Origin: Octopus bimaculoides
Taxonomy: Eukaryota
Length of the DNA stretch: 41,591 nucleotides
Reading direction: 5' to 3'
Assembly: GCF_001194135.2 (NCBI RefSeq)
Contig: NC_068983.1
Span: forward strand, 158,493,121-158,534,711
The translations under genes and the position numbers were made by a program. The first letter of the stretch is position 1. Each line of letters begins with the position of its first letter. The notes beneath the pieces were generated by a model, which did no database searches, was not told the origin of the DNA, and was given only the letters and a program-made list of their open reading frames with translations. Positions 1 through 12,194 of this stretch are shown one piece after another.

Positions 1-58
<58 letters not shown>
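1..58. repeat. (TA)n microsatellite
   Basis: Direct read of the sequence. Confidence 0.95.
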
Positions 59-59
<1 letters not shown>

Positions 60-597
60 CTGTGCGAGCGTGTGTATGAGTGTGCATGCGCGTGCACACA
101 CCATCAGTTTTAAGGCCAATTCTCTCATTGGCATAAGGCAATATATCTGAAGGGAAAATTGTTGAGTTGATTGAGTTGAATTTAGTCGACTTGGTTTGAT
201 AGAATTTAAATTAGGAGAGAAATGTGAGATCCAGCACGTTACACTTCTGGCACTCCTTAAACATAAACAAGACAAAACACTGCAACAAGAACATTCCTTT
301 TACATGTATTATGTTAATGAAGTTAAACCACTTCCGCGGATACAGTTTCCGAAGTTTCCGTTATAATGATACATTTCAAAAAGTAACGGAAAAGGACCTG
401 GTAGACTTCTTTGATGGTTTAGCATACATGTGTGAATATGGGTCTTATAATCCATTGAGACTTTTCTTGAAGACCTAGCAATTTAGAGTAAGCTCACCCC
501 TCAAAGAGCCACATTAATAAAAGAAATTTTACTCAGTACTTATCTTTGGGGTATATATATTAAGTGAATCGAACCATTGCAAATCTAACTGATTTGA

Positions 598-729
598 CCG
601 GAAACTAACTACTGTGCCCTTTCCTTCCTCGCAAGAATATCAACCCTCTGGAATTCCTTTCCCGCTCATAGCTTTGCTGCAGTTGTTGATTCGCAATATT
701 TTAAGCGGAACATTAACAATATCAGTCTG
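598..729 (+). mobile_element. CR1/L2/Jockey-group LINE ORF2 C-terminal fragment
   Basis: Translates PETNYCALSFLARISTLWNSFPAHSFAAVVDSQYFKRNINNISL, resembling the SF..R...LWNSLP....F..FK.NIN tail of CR1/L2-type ORF2. Confidence 0.5.
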
Positions 730-2742
730 ACTGGTCTCAGAAGGTCTGTGATGGCCTTGAATAATGCCACTTTGTCCTGATCTAGCATTTAATAAAGAAG
801 TTTGTTACCTAATTCCAGTTTCTGGAAAGGCAAAGCACCAGTCGAATAGCACTCTAGTATATTGCAGGTAACTCCTCCCCAAATTAAGGTACCCATTCCT
901 GATAGCTAACTGCAGTCATGTAGAATATAGTGTCCTACTCAGAAACACAACAACACAACCATAACGGATATACTTTCATGAACAGTGAGCTAGTCGTCTA
1001 AATTTAAAATCTGAATCCTAGCAGGGTTTGAGGCTAGGATGTTTCACCAGAACTAGAAATTCATATGTACTGAATAGATATTCTCTCAGTTCTCCTACGA
1101 TCTTGTTCCTGTTGGATTTTTTCCTTTCGGAAACTAATTCGTTATGGTTCGTCTACTGACACCGATTTAATATTTCTTTTTAAAGATATTCACCACATTT
1201 ATTATAGGTATTGTTAGATTTTTTTTAATGATAACAATACCATATCAAAGACAGTGCCTCAGTATGATAACAGCTTCTGAATAATAGAATATACCATCCA
1301 AATAAACCTTCCGTGCCAGGAAGGTTTATTAGACCCCTGCCCAGATGTCTCACTCTGTTGACAATATAGTTTACAAATTTGGACTTTGAATTACCGACAA
1401 TATGAAACTGAGGCTAACCTAAACTGTTTCTGAATACGATCTAACCAATTCACCTCTTTTAACAATGTCATAGCTAGTAGTCCGTTCGAGTGGACTAGTT
1501 ATTTGTTATACAAATTGAAATATAATTATTTTGGAAAGACGTTTACATTGGTCTCTAAAACTAGAAGCACACGCATTAACATGCATCTAACATATCCTTC
1601 TTTTTCTCACTGACACCGAGAGTGAGATGTTCCCAGACTAGTCTTCCGAAAACGTCGGACTGTCCCAACCTTGCAGAAATATAGTCACCCACTAACTTCT
1701 GATCACCTTCCTTTGTTTTCCCTTTCCACTGATGTTCAAGATGGCCAATAGTCCTTCCAAGTTCAGTAAATGTTTGCATTTTCTAATGTCTAGATTTTTA
1801 AAATTTTATTTTTCCACACCAACATTTCTATCTCACTCAGATCAGTTTGACCAAAGAACAAATGTCTGCTATTCGGAAGCCCCATTCTTTCTGGTGGCTA
1901 TCATATCCATTCTAAACGATCTGAACTCGTTTATCAAGCGTCCTTGCATTCAAAGAGAATCAGGCCATACAAATTCACGCATACTATACGCAATATTCTT
2001 GTGAATGAATGTGTGAGGGAAGTTATTTTATATTAGAACAAAATTATTTACCAGTCCCTGAATGTTCTCTCTAAGTCTGTAAAGATTCCCACGTGGGAAA
2101 CGTTTTCCTAAAATTTTACAGACTCTGGTGTTGTCTTTCACTGGAAGTGTATAGTTAAACATCCTTTGGAGGAGTGCTTCAGTTTTCCTCGAATCATTAT
2201 TTAATTTTTTGTAGTTTTTTTTTAATTATTTGTAACGTACTCAATCAACGCATTCATGTTTAAAAGTGAGGTTGAAAAGTATCTGTTGTTATTACTTCTG
2301 TAGTTGTTGTAGTTGTGCGAACATACGTCAGCTCCTCGTCAGTTTTCACTTTTGCTTTTGGTCAATTAAGCTTTAGGATGTTGACCACTCCAATTCAACG
2401 TCAGCATATTTGAGTCGACGTCATTGTTGTCTTACCATGCTCGTCCTAATGACAAAGATTTCTAAAATAAGCATTAAGTGGGGAACAGATATCAATTGTA
2501 ACAACTCTACTGCCGGACTGCTACTTATTCTATAGAACTCAGTAGAACTTGAACTCAGAACGAAATAAGACAAAACGAAAAGCTGAAAAAAATATATATA
2601 CCTTCCACTCTACTAAATCTACCAGTCGCTATCAATCTCAGTATTTCACTGGTACCTGGTTTACCAACCAAGACGCATTAAAAATGCGCAACATCAATAA
2701 ATTCATCGGACTTTACGCTTTTACACACAAACACATACACAC

Positions 2743-2743
<1 letters not shown>

Positions 2744-2809
<66 letters not shown>
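2744..2809. repeat. (GATA)n microsatellite
   Basis: Direct read. Confidence 0.95.
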
Positions 2810-2810
<1 letters not shown>

Positions 2811-2899
2811 GTGTATACTCAAACACACAAAAATAATTTGTGTCTTGAAGTAATGGTTTGTAAATTAAAGAATGTTTGGAGTGTCAGGACAATACTTGT

Positions 2900-3065
2900 A
2901 ATTTGATTCTTTACATCCTGAGCTCAAATTCCGGTAGGAGCAACTTAGCTTTTCGTCCCCCGAAGTCGATGAAAATAAAGTACCAATCAAGTAGTAGAAT
3001 TGAATGTAATCGACTTACACCTTCCTCCAAAATTTCAGGCCTTGCGCCTATATTAGAAACCATAA
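2900..3065 (+). mobile_element. Degenerate SINE, family C (head ggcggcgagctggcagaatcgttagc)
   Basis: Similar to the copies at 27419 and 40643 (tgagctcaaattcc, aagtacc, aatcgactta, ggccttg...gaaacc). Confidence 0.55.
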
Positions 3066-3662
3066 TAATCAATAGCTGCGAGCTGGCAGAATCGCAATTA
3101 TAGATACTCCTCTCTGTACACCTTGTTGCGTATGTTGCCTTGTACAAGCTGAATGCATTCACCCAGGTAAATTTTCTTTTATTTTCTGAGTTTGGAGAAG
3201 GAGACAGAGGCCGTGACCTTTCAAGCCCCTCCGAAATTTGTGAGATCAACACTATTACTATTCCATTTGAACTGTTACAGATCATCACCTATAGGAAAGA
3301 CATGAAAAATTCCAGTGGGATATTCTGGGGATGAAAAATTGAGTATAGTGGTTAGTACGGGGAAAGTGGGATTAGGCTGAGAGGTAGAGAAACGAGTTGG
3401 TCGGGGTGCCTTATTTATAGAATCTCAACGAGAAAGCTTCTACGTGGTCGCCTGAATAGGAAATGGCAGTAAAATTTCCCAAAAATCGTACCCTACTACT
3501 TTATCATCTATTCTGCGAACTCCTCATATCCTTTGAATTATCTCTCCCCACCCTTTTCTCATTTATACAGTATTTTCATTACTTTACTTACTTATTTAGT
3601 GTATTGAAGACACGGCTTTACAATTGTCGAGAGGCAATTGGTTCATTACTTTGTCATAGATA

Positions 3663-3877
3663 TTGATTTAAAATTTTGGCACAAGGCCAGCAATTTCGAG
3701 GGAGGGACTAAGTCGATTACATCGACCCCCAGTGCTCAATTGGTACATACTTAATCGGACCCGATAGAATGAAAGGCAAAGTTGACCTCGGTGGAATCTG
3801 AACTCAGAACGTAAGACAGACGAAATGCCGCTAAGCGTTTTCCCAGGCGTACTAACGATTCTGCCAATCCGCCGCCT
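3663..3877 (-). mobile_element. SINE, family C
   Basis: Reverse complement aligns by eye end-to-end with 27419-27625. Confidence 0.8.
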
Positions 3878-3918
3878 TTACTTTGTTAAAAATATTTACG
3901 TCCAATATTGTTGTTCAT

Positions 3919-4477
3919 CAGTGGTTCCCAACCGATTTTTGGCCATGCCCCATCGAATCATTTCTAGAGTCCTGATGCCCCCTTGTGATATTTGATTTTT
4001 GTTTTTCAAAATTTGGTTAATGTTTACAATGTTACCCGGAAACAAAATAAAAAAAAATAGTGCAACGGATGTAAAAATAAAAGTGTAGGAAACGAATATA
4101 AAAAAAAAATGCGCGGAAAGCAACGGGGGAAGACTTCGGAAAATTCACAAAATCCAAGTTTTTCCCTCGTAATTTTTAAGAAAAAGTTCTTTTTTGAATG
4201 AAATTTTATATAAATTCCTTTCAATCGGTACTGATTACGATTATAAAGAGATTTGTGGGAAAATCTTTTCCGAGGGGTGAGGAGAGAACCTCGGAAAGTT
4301 CACAAGATCCGAGTTTTTCGCCCATAACTTGGTGACAGTTTATCGTGGATAGCGGGTGAATTTTATTTTTAATAACTCACCAAAATATTACCATACCCTA
4401 CCAAAATATTACCGTGCTCCACCAAAATATTACTGTGCTCCACCGGTGGGGCATGCACCCCACGTTGGGAATCACGG
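3919..4477. mobile_element. Non-autonomous hAT DNA transposon (MITE)
   Basis: TIRs cagtggttcccaac / gttgggaatcacgg (12/14 match); perfect 8-bp TSD ttgttcat at 3911-3918 and 4478-4485; internal ~21-bp tandem unit (ccaaaatattac...) x3. Confidence 0.9.
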
Positions 4478-4521
4478 TTGTTCATGATCAAAATCAACTT
4501 GGTCGGCATCCAGTTAATACT

Positions 4522-4768
4522 GCGCCCTTTTAAAGCCTAGCCAGGCTCATGGACCAGGTTTCCTGATTTCAATGGCGTATGTGATCCACAGCTGGATGGG
4601 ACGCCAGTCCACCGCAGCGTTACTCATTTTTGCCAGCTGAGTGGACTGGAGCAACGTGAAATGAAGTGTCTTGCTCAAGAACACAACGCATCGCCCGGTC
4701 TAGGAATCGAAACCACAATCTTACGATGATGGTGCTGACACCCTAACCACTAAGCCGCGCGCCTCCAC
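4522..4768 (-). mobile_element. tRNA-headed SINE, family D
   Basis: Minus strand begins gtggaggcgcg...ggcttagtggttagg with A/B boxes; 15-bp TSD catccagttaatact at 4507-4521 and 4768-4782. Confidence 0.88.
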
Positions 4769-5189
4769 ATCCAGTTAATACTATTAGTCAAATATAGCTT
4801 GTCTTTTAGTGGAAATTTTTAGAACGAGATAATCTTTTCTAGAAACATTTCATTCAGAATACATTTCACTTGTTTATATTCTACACGTTCCTAGTTCATA
4901 ATACACCTTTTTATCGTGGCTGCTGCAAGGGCCACCTGGCAGCTAGATACAGACGGTTTGATTTGCTGTGAGGTCACAATACACGAGCCGTCGAAATCTG
5001 TTTTGTTGTTGTGCGAGGTGTCGGCATGTATGCATTTTCTAGGAATATATTTATTTAATGTTTTGAGATACTTTCATTTCTTGAAGATGAAACTACAGTG
5101 ACCAATCCTCCTTCTAGATATAACAACTGCTGCTTACTTGCATAATTGTTTTGTCTTGAAGTAATTTTCTTCTGGGTGAATTTAGTCCA

Positions 5190-5275
5190 AGTATGTACGT
5201 ATGTATGTATGTATGTATGTATGTATGTATGTATGTATGTATAGATGGCTGGCTGGCTGGCTGGCTGGATGGATG
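5190..5275. repeat. Compound (TATG)n/(GGCT)n microsatellite
   Basis: Direct read. Confidence 0.9.
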
Positions 5276-5639
5276 GAAGGAACAGATTTAACTTCACTGC
5301 TGTCACGTACGTGTGAGGAAGTCTTACACATCCAGGAGATGAATCGTTTTCTCTCCTCGTAATAATACGCATATACTCATGTATACACAGGTAGAGATAG
5401 GCAGCTAAGGTCAGTGACTGTGAGAGAGAGAGAGAGGGACAGGAGGAGATAAGAGAGAGAGAAGAAGAGTGTGTGTATGTGTGTATGTGTGAGTGCGTGC
5501 GTGCACACGTGTGTGTATGCACGTGTGTGTGTAAGAAAGATACACTAACTATCCACGCAAACATCCAAAATTCTCACACACACTCGCATATTATACATGC
5601 AGGAGTGTGCGGATATGTTTGTTTATATATACATACGTA

Positions 5640-5711
5640 CATACACACACATATGTATGTATGTATGTATGTACGTATGTATGTATGTACGTATGTATGT
5701 GTGTGTGTGTG

Positions 5712-5783
<72 letters not shown>
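5640..5783. repeat. Compound (TATG)n/(TG)n/(TA)n microsatellite
   Basis: Direct read; explains the YI/MYV pseudo-ORFs. Confidence 0.9.
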
Positions 5784-5786
<3 letters not shown>

Positions 5787-7954
5787 GTCAAAAGTTCATT
5801 TATGTTCGATAAGAGAGTAAACTTTGTGCAAACACGAACATTTAGAGAAAGCAATAAATGTGACTGCTTGCGTTACCATGGAGAAAGGAAATTTCACCTG
5901 TGATGGTCTCAAGAAGAGTCAGCAGTACGTCTATTTAATTTGTGAAAATATCACAGCATAACTTGTCTTCTAAACAAGAATTCCCAGGAGGTGAGGTAGA
6001 TGCCAAATTTCGTATGTACACACGATTCTACTAACATTGAGGATTCGGTACCTTTGAAGAAAAATTGTGTTGATTTGTAGTACTGGCAAAACAGCAATGT
6101 TTATCTTTCAACAATCTAAAACCAGATCCTTGAGATTTTACTGGAGTTTCTCTGATGTCTTATTAACCACTGACCGCTCAAATTAAACTTGTTTTCTTTC
6201 TGATGTATTTCCTTTTCGTTTTTCTTCTTTTTTTTTTGTTTATTTTATTTATTTATTTCGTTTCGTTTGGTTTTAGTTTATCTATCTTTCTTGGTCTTTT
6301 GTCAGTTAGTTATTCGTAGAGTTATTGCTGACGGATTTTTTGTTATATATATATATATATATACACATCTCGTTCATTTTGTATTTTTATTATTTGGTTT
6401 TTCACCGTTTTAAAAGTAATTTTCTAGTTCATTAGTTTATTCTTTCATTTGTTTCCACAATTTGGTAGCAGCCATGCTGGAGCACTACCATGGTAACAAT
6501 TCAGTATAACTATTTGATAACAAACAACAACCGCACCTGTGTCCAGTAACCCATTTTCATGATAATTATTTCAAAGATAGTCACAATAACACCACTTGGG
6601 CGAGGACTAAATGCCTTGCAACTAAACATTGTAAGACATTTTGTTCCATCGGTTCTGTTAGTCCAACGATTAGTTTTCACTATACACGCGATTACTTTGT
6701 TTAGAGGAGAGATACAGTCTTATAATCTTTTCACGAAGTGCAAAGTGGCACGAGCTAGTATTCAACTAGATTATTATTTGGATGAAACTATTTCTTTCGG
6801 GTAAATAAGCTGAAGTATTGTACCAACGAAGCCTCAACAGTGGATTTGAACACACAATACATGAGCTTATTCTTTCAGCAATTTTGTCTCATAAAAAGAT
6901 AATGGGTGAGTAACCATAATCATTACTACATGCCTTGACAACCCTGCACCTCACAAACCTCAGACTCATTTGACTCCAGCTGACAGCACCTGGAACACGC
7001 TCTCATCCAAGATTACGAATTCCTCCTCGACTACCGAAATTCCAGTATAACCAGTTTCGGACCATGTTAAAAAAAGAACGAGGAGATATGGTGCACGAGA
7101 CAACCTTACCCTGTAGTACTCAAATTAATCCAGAAATGACGAGCGGTTGTAATCATTCATTTGCAAGGCAGCGAGGCACTGGCACATCTGTTAATGCAGT
7201 TATGGAATCTATGGAACGTCCGTACACTATTCTAATATATTACTTATCTATGTAGATATAAATGGTAATAATCAACATAGAGGGATTTGAATTCTAAATT
7301 ATACTACACTAGACGTGTTATATCAAAGTAATCAGTCCAGGGTGCTATTTTCTCATTCTTTTCTTTACTCCGTTTAAAGTAAAGTGCCCTCAGAAAAGCA
7401 TTCTAAATATATATACGGCAATATCTCACAAGAAGAATGAGAGTCAGGGAAGAATAGTGACTTTAATAGAGGTCCTGCTCATCTGCCCCTGGTTCCGTCC
7501 TGGTGCCCAGCCCTTTACTGGGGCTCCAAGAACTGTCTGCTTGCTACACTGTAGTGCCTTCTGGATAACCGCATTGATAGGTTAAATCTGACTGAGAGTA
7601 GTCGACGAATTTTAATCTCACAGTAAAATACTTTAAGAGTTTCTCACCTAAGGCATGTGAAGAAAGGATTTTTAGTGGCCTGTGTAGAGGAAACTCAATC
7701 ATTGCTAACCAAGTTTCAACGAACAAAACATCGCTGTGGAATGCGTATCTCAGAGCCTAATGAAACACAGATCGCTCTAGTTCTACCACTGTATCTCCAA
7801 TATGCTTCCAATCCTATTGGACTGCCTTGCTACTGACCAGGAAGTTGAGGAGAAGAAAGTGAACGCGATCGTCTAAGTTCAGTGCAAGCCAAGGTTTGAA
7901 GAACGTTTTCAGTAAGCAATAACCAAGGGGAGATAACTTTAATACTATTAGCGT

Positions 7955-8330
7955 TAAGTTTTTTTTTGAAATTGCTTCCCAACAACATAGCTCGGGTTTA
8001 ATCCCGCAGCGTAGCATCTTGAGCAAACGTCTTCTACTATAGCTTCGAGCCGACCAAAGCTTTATGAGTGGATTTGGTAAACGGAAACTGAAAGGCCATC
8101 GTATACGTGTGTGCGTGTGTCTTTGTGTCTGTGTTTGTTCCCCATCAACCCATAACAGCGTGTTTTGGTGTGTTTACGTTGCCGTAATTTAGCGGTTCAG
8201 CAAAAGAAACCTATAGAATAAGTAGGTTTTAAAGAAGAAGGAAAAGTATTTGGGTTGATTCGGTCGATTAAAATCTTTGAAGAAGGCTCCCCAATATGGT
8301 TACTGAAACAAATAAAAAGTAAAAAGATAA
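7955..8330 (+). mobile_element. SINE, family B (internal TG tract, tail aaaagagtaaaagag-like)
   Basis: Motifs gtcttctactatagc, gagtggatttggta.acggaaactgaa, ttagcggttc.gcaaaaga.ac..atagaataagta shared with 36620-36879 and 12731-12912. Confidence 0.8.
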
Positions 8331-8886
8331 GCTGTTTACTAATTCTTGTCGGTTACTAGACAATCTATAGTTTCCCCCAACAGATACATATAAAGTATTT
8401 ATTAGTGTTTGATGTTATATTTACCTCCAGTCACAAAATCTCTCTCTCTAGGATGCTTAAAATCTAAAAAGACTATAAGCAAAAGAGATAATCATAACCC
8501 TTTTACTACCGAAATCAAATATATCCACTCCAAATTCCATTAATCTTAACAGCGGAAAACAGTTTAATACACAAAGCCATTTTCTTCTGAGGAATGTCAT
8601 GTTTGAAACTTATTTCTTATTGAAATATATTAATGTTATTGAGGCAACGTGACTTGGAGAAAATATCAATTCTATTTTTTTTTTTTTTTGCATAGATATT
8701 TATCATTATTTGAATAACAATGAAATTTAAAGTAGTTCTATGCTGTCAACTTAATATGACAGTCCCATGAAGGGAATAATACTACTGCTATTTAGCCTTA
8801 GGAAGCAGCACCTGCTTCCTGTTAGCCTTGACATATTTCCTGTGTCCTTATGTTTACAAGGGGGAGATAAGCACCTCCACCCAGCT

Positions 8887-8940
8887 AAGCCAGCATCGAG
8901 GGACTAGTTTCTGAGTCATTGCTCGTCTTCAGTCTGGCTT
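8887..8940 (-). ncRNA. Type I hammerhead ribozyme motif (stem I proximal pairs broken)
   Basis: Minus: aagccaga-CUGAAGA-c-gag-caauga-cuc-a-GAAA-cuag-UC-ccucgaug-cuggcuu; palindromic stem III acuagu; GUC triplet; distal pairing aagccag/cuggcuu. Confidence 0.55.
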
Positions 8941-9295
8941 GCTAGTTGGAGATGCCTATCTAGCCCTTGTAAATATATAATTATTCTAGTGAAATACATT
9001 CACTTAACTGGGTGGAGGTGCTTATCTCCCCCTTGTAAACATAAGGAGATAGGAAATGTGTCAAGGCTGACAGGAAGCGGTGCTGCTTCCTAGGGCTAAA
9101 TAGCAGTAGTATTATTCCCTTCATGGGACTGTCACATTAAGTTGACGGCATACAACTACTTTATAGGATCACTACTGCATAAATCTCTCTGAGAGATTTA
9201 GAAATGTATCATTTCTATTTTTGAAATCAGTGAATGTATTTCACTAGAATAATTATATGTTTACAAGGGCTAGATAGGCATCTCCAACTTGCTAC

Positions 9296-9338
9296 TCCAG
9301 ACTGAAGACGAGCAATGACTCAGAAACATGTCTCTGGA
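9296..9338 (+). ncRNA. Type I hammerhead ribozyme motif
   Basis: uccaga-CUGAAGA-c-gag-caauga-cuc-a-GAAA-caug-UC-ucugga: perfect 6-bp stem I, palindromic stem III acaugu, GUC cleavage triplet (after 9332). The base of stem II is a C-A mismatch. Confidence 0.7.
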
Positions 9339-9499
9339 TGCAGGCTTAGCTGGGTGGAGGTGCTTATCTCCCCCTTGTAAACATAAGGACACAGGAAATA
9401 TGTCAAAGCTGACATATATATTTATATATATAATAGTAAATAATATGTGTGTGTGTGTACATATACATACACACACACATGCATGTATGGGTATAAGAC

Positions 9500-9700
9500 A
9501 AAATAACATGAAATTCGTCGTCAAACGAGTTAAATACGCAAACAACGGGGAAAAAAGGAAAACAGTACAAGTAAACACAGAGAAAGGACCCTTCATCAGT
9601 TGTCGGCTTTCTATCTACTCCTCACGTCGAGCATTCAACGACAGTTTGAGTCTACAAGGACAGTTGCTCCCATAAATTCTAAAATAAAATTTAGGATTTA
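9500..9700 (-). repeat. Dispersed repeat (family X), homologous to 12195-12430
   Basis: Minus strand aaatcctaaattttattt...ggagcaactgt...aatgctcga...gagtaga...caactgatgaagggtc aligns with 12195-12310. Confidence 0.7.
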
Positions 9701-10350
9701 TGGAGGGTCAAAGTTGGGAACAAAAACATGACAGTGGAGGCATACAAGGAAACCGAACAAAAACAAGCATGGGGGGTCGTTAGACCAGAACGAGAGGAAA
9801 ATAGTGAACGCTGTGAGAAACATTATTTTTGAAAAGAGAAAAGACAGAAGAGAGAGACATACATAATTTCATTAAACCCACCTCCCAATCTAAACTGTTT
9901 CACGTGATCGTTCGTCCAGAATAAATTATATTAACTGAGAGCATATATAATATTTTGTAGATACCAGTTCAACAAATAAGCACTTAAATCTGGGTAACTA
10001 ATTTTTAAAATAACGGTGCATAAACGGCTGCATGTGGGGTTTGACCGTAGCGGAGAAATAAGTGAAAAACTATAGTTGAATCGAAAAGTTTTGCGTTAAA
10101 ATGAGTAAAAAAAATATACAGAATCTAATAGGTTATGTCAAGAAATAGAAATTGCAAATGATTAAAAGGATTATAATAGAAGTCAAAAATTAAAGATTAA
10201 TTGCTATAGTTGAGATTAAAATATGTAAACAAATAAAAATACACTAATGAAAGGAAAAGTAAAGAAAATAAAACGAAGGAAAGTAGAAAAGAAGACAGAA
10301 AGTAAAGAAATAAAGAGAACGTGGAAATAACTATAATATAAATGTGATAA

Positions 10351-10736
10351 GTGGAGGCGCAATGGCCTAGTGGTTAGGGCAGCGGACTCGTGATCATAGG
10401 ATCGCGGTTTCGATTCCCAGACCGGGCGTTGTGAGTGTTTATTGAGCGAAAACACCTAAAGCTCCACGAGGCTCCGGCAGGGGATGGTGGCAAACCCTGC
10501 TGTACTCTTTCACCACAACTTTCTCTCACTCTTACTTCCTGTATCTGTTGTGCCTGTAATTCAAAGGGTCAGCCTTGTCGCACTGTGTCACGCTGAATAT
10601 CTCCGAGAACTACGTTAAGGGTACACGTGTCTGTGGAGTGCTCAGCCACTTGCACGTTAATTTCACCAGCAGGCTGTTCCGTTGGTCGGATCAACTGGAA
10701 CCCTCGACGTCGTAAGTGACGGAGTGCCAACAAACA
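10351..10736 (+). mobile_element. Full-length tRNA-derived SINE, family A
   Basis: A box tggcctagtgg, B box ggtttcgattcc, caacaa tail; TSD aaatgtgataag at 10340-10351 and 10737-10748. Confidence 0.92.
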
Positions 10737-11090
10737 AAATGTGATAAGGCAGAAGGAATTGGGTGAAGAACGGTACACGTACAGAAATGAACGACAATGA
10801 AGCACACACACACTTGTGTACTAAAATGACATGTATACCCTCACATACTTGCACACAAACACATACATACACACACCAGTTTAAATAACCACAAAAGTGA
10901 AGAGCTCTTTTGACTTAAATAAAAGAATCCGTCCACTTTGTTAGTGACCAGCTAGAATTCTCTACAGGAAAAAGTCTTAAATAAATCCTATAGAATGCAT
11001 ATACACACGCAATTACATGCATACACACACAATCTACACAAATATATATGCACACAATTGCATACATAAATACATATGCACATAATTATA

Positions 11091-11127
<37 letters not shown>

Positions 11128-11762
11128 CTCTTNNNNNNNNNNNNNNNNNNNNNNNNNNNNNNNNNNNNNNNNNNNNNNNNNNNNNNNNNNNNNNNNNNNN
11201 NNNNNNNNNNNNNNNNNNNNNNNNNNNNNNNNNNNNNNNNNNNNNNNNNNNNNNNNNNNNNNNNNNNNNNNNNNNNNNNNNNNNNNNNNNNNNNNNNNNN
11301 NNNNNNNNNNNNNNNNNNNNNNNNNNNNNNNNNNNNNNNNNNNNNNNNNNNNNNNNNNNNNNNNNNNNNNNNNNNNNNNNNNNNNNNNNNNNNNNNNNNN
11401 NNNNNNNNNNNNNNNNNNNNNNNNNNNNNNNNNNNNNNNNNNNNNNNNNNNNNNNNNNNNNNNNNNNNNNNNNNNNNNNNNNNNNNNNNNNNNNNNNNNN
11501 NNNNNNNNNNNNNNNNNNNNNNNNNNNNNNNNNNNNNNNNNNNNNNNNNNNNNNNNNNNNNNNNNNNNNNNNNNNNNNNNNNNNNNNNNNNNNNNNNNNN
11601 NNNNNNNNNNNNNNNNNNNNNNNNNNNNNNNNNNNNNATAGTGTGTATATGTTGTGCGTCTGAATGTATTTATGTATGTATGCATGCGTGCGGTGAGTGT
11701 GCCCAAACAATGCAAGCAATAATAAAAGAACGTTAAGCCAATGGATGATAGACGGAAAACCG

Positions 11763-11822
11763 ATAGCAACAACGATGATGACGATGACGACGATGACGAC
11801 GATGATAGCAACGATGATGATG
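11763..11822. repeat. (GAT/GAC)n trinucleotide repeat
   Basis: Direct read. Confidence 0.85.
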
Positions 11823-12115
11823 ATTGATTCTCGGTCGATTCCAGTTGTTCGACTGGCTCAGTGGTTCTCAACCGGAGTCCATATAAGATTTTATTGTTAA
11901 GATTTATCTGCAATAAATTAGTTATACTTCTACGATACACAAAATATCTCAAGTTTCCTATACAATTTCAGATGATATATAATTATACAAATACATCAGG
12001 ATTTGTTTTATATACGTCGAATGGCCATGGAAGTCTAGTAGGAATCAAAGGAGTCTCTAGGCAACAAATAATTGAGAACCAGCAAATGGTTGAGAACGAG
12101 TAGATTCAGTTAGAC

Positions 12116-12190
12116 CAGGGGTTCTCAACCATTTTCTGTGTATGGACCCCTTTGATTACTATTTTATTCTGGTGAACCCCCCATAACCAG
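12116..12190. mobile_element. Left end of a hAT-like MITE (truncated)
   Basis: Starts caggggttctcaacc, a typical hAT TIR; no partner TIR found downstream. Confidence 0.5.
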
Positions 12191-12194
12191 TCTA

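Larger units (their letters stand above)
8728..9414. mobile_element. Nested inverted-repeat structure A-B-A(rc)-spacer-B(rc)-A(rc, partial); probable Penelope-like pseudo-LTR complex
   Basis: 8728-8886 pairs with 9006-9163; 8820-9004 pairs with 9229-9414; block B carries a hammerhead motif. The PLE assignment is inferred from the known association of PLE pLTRs with minimal HHRs and inverted arrangements. Confidence 0.7.

Noticed and set aside
224-478. 84-aa ORF with a faint transposase-like look
   Set aside because: No recognisable motif and no TIRs found.
2310-2345. Minus-strand CUGACGA followed by a possible stem II
   Set aside because: GAAA is replaced by GCAC; no stems I or III.
4375-4445. 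Short tandem array resembling CRISPR
   Set aside because: These are contiguous 21-bp units without unique spacers, inside a hAT MITE in eukaryotic DNA.
8585-8620. CUGAGGA...GAAAC spacing
   Set aside because: No stem I, II or III pairing.
10351-10430. tRNA-like sequence (also at 21.5, 23.1 and 4.7 kb)
   Set aside because: These are SINE heads with A/B boxes, continuous with the SINE body and bounded by TSDs; there is no complete cloverleaf.
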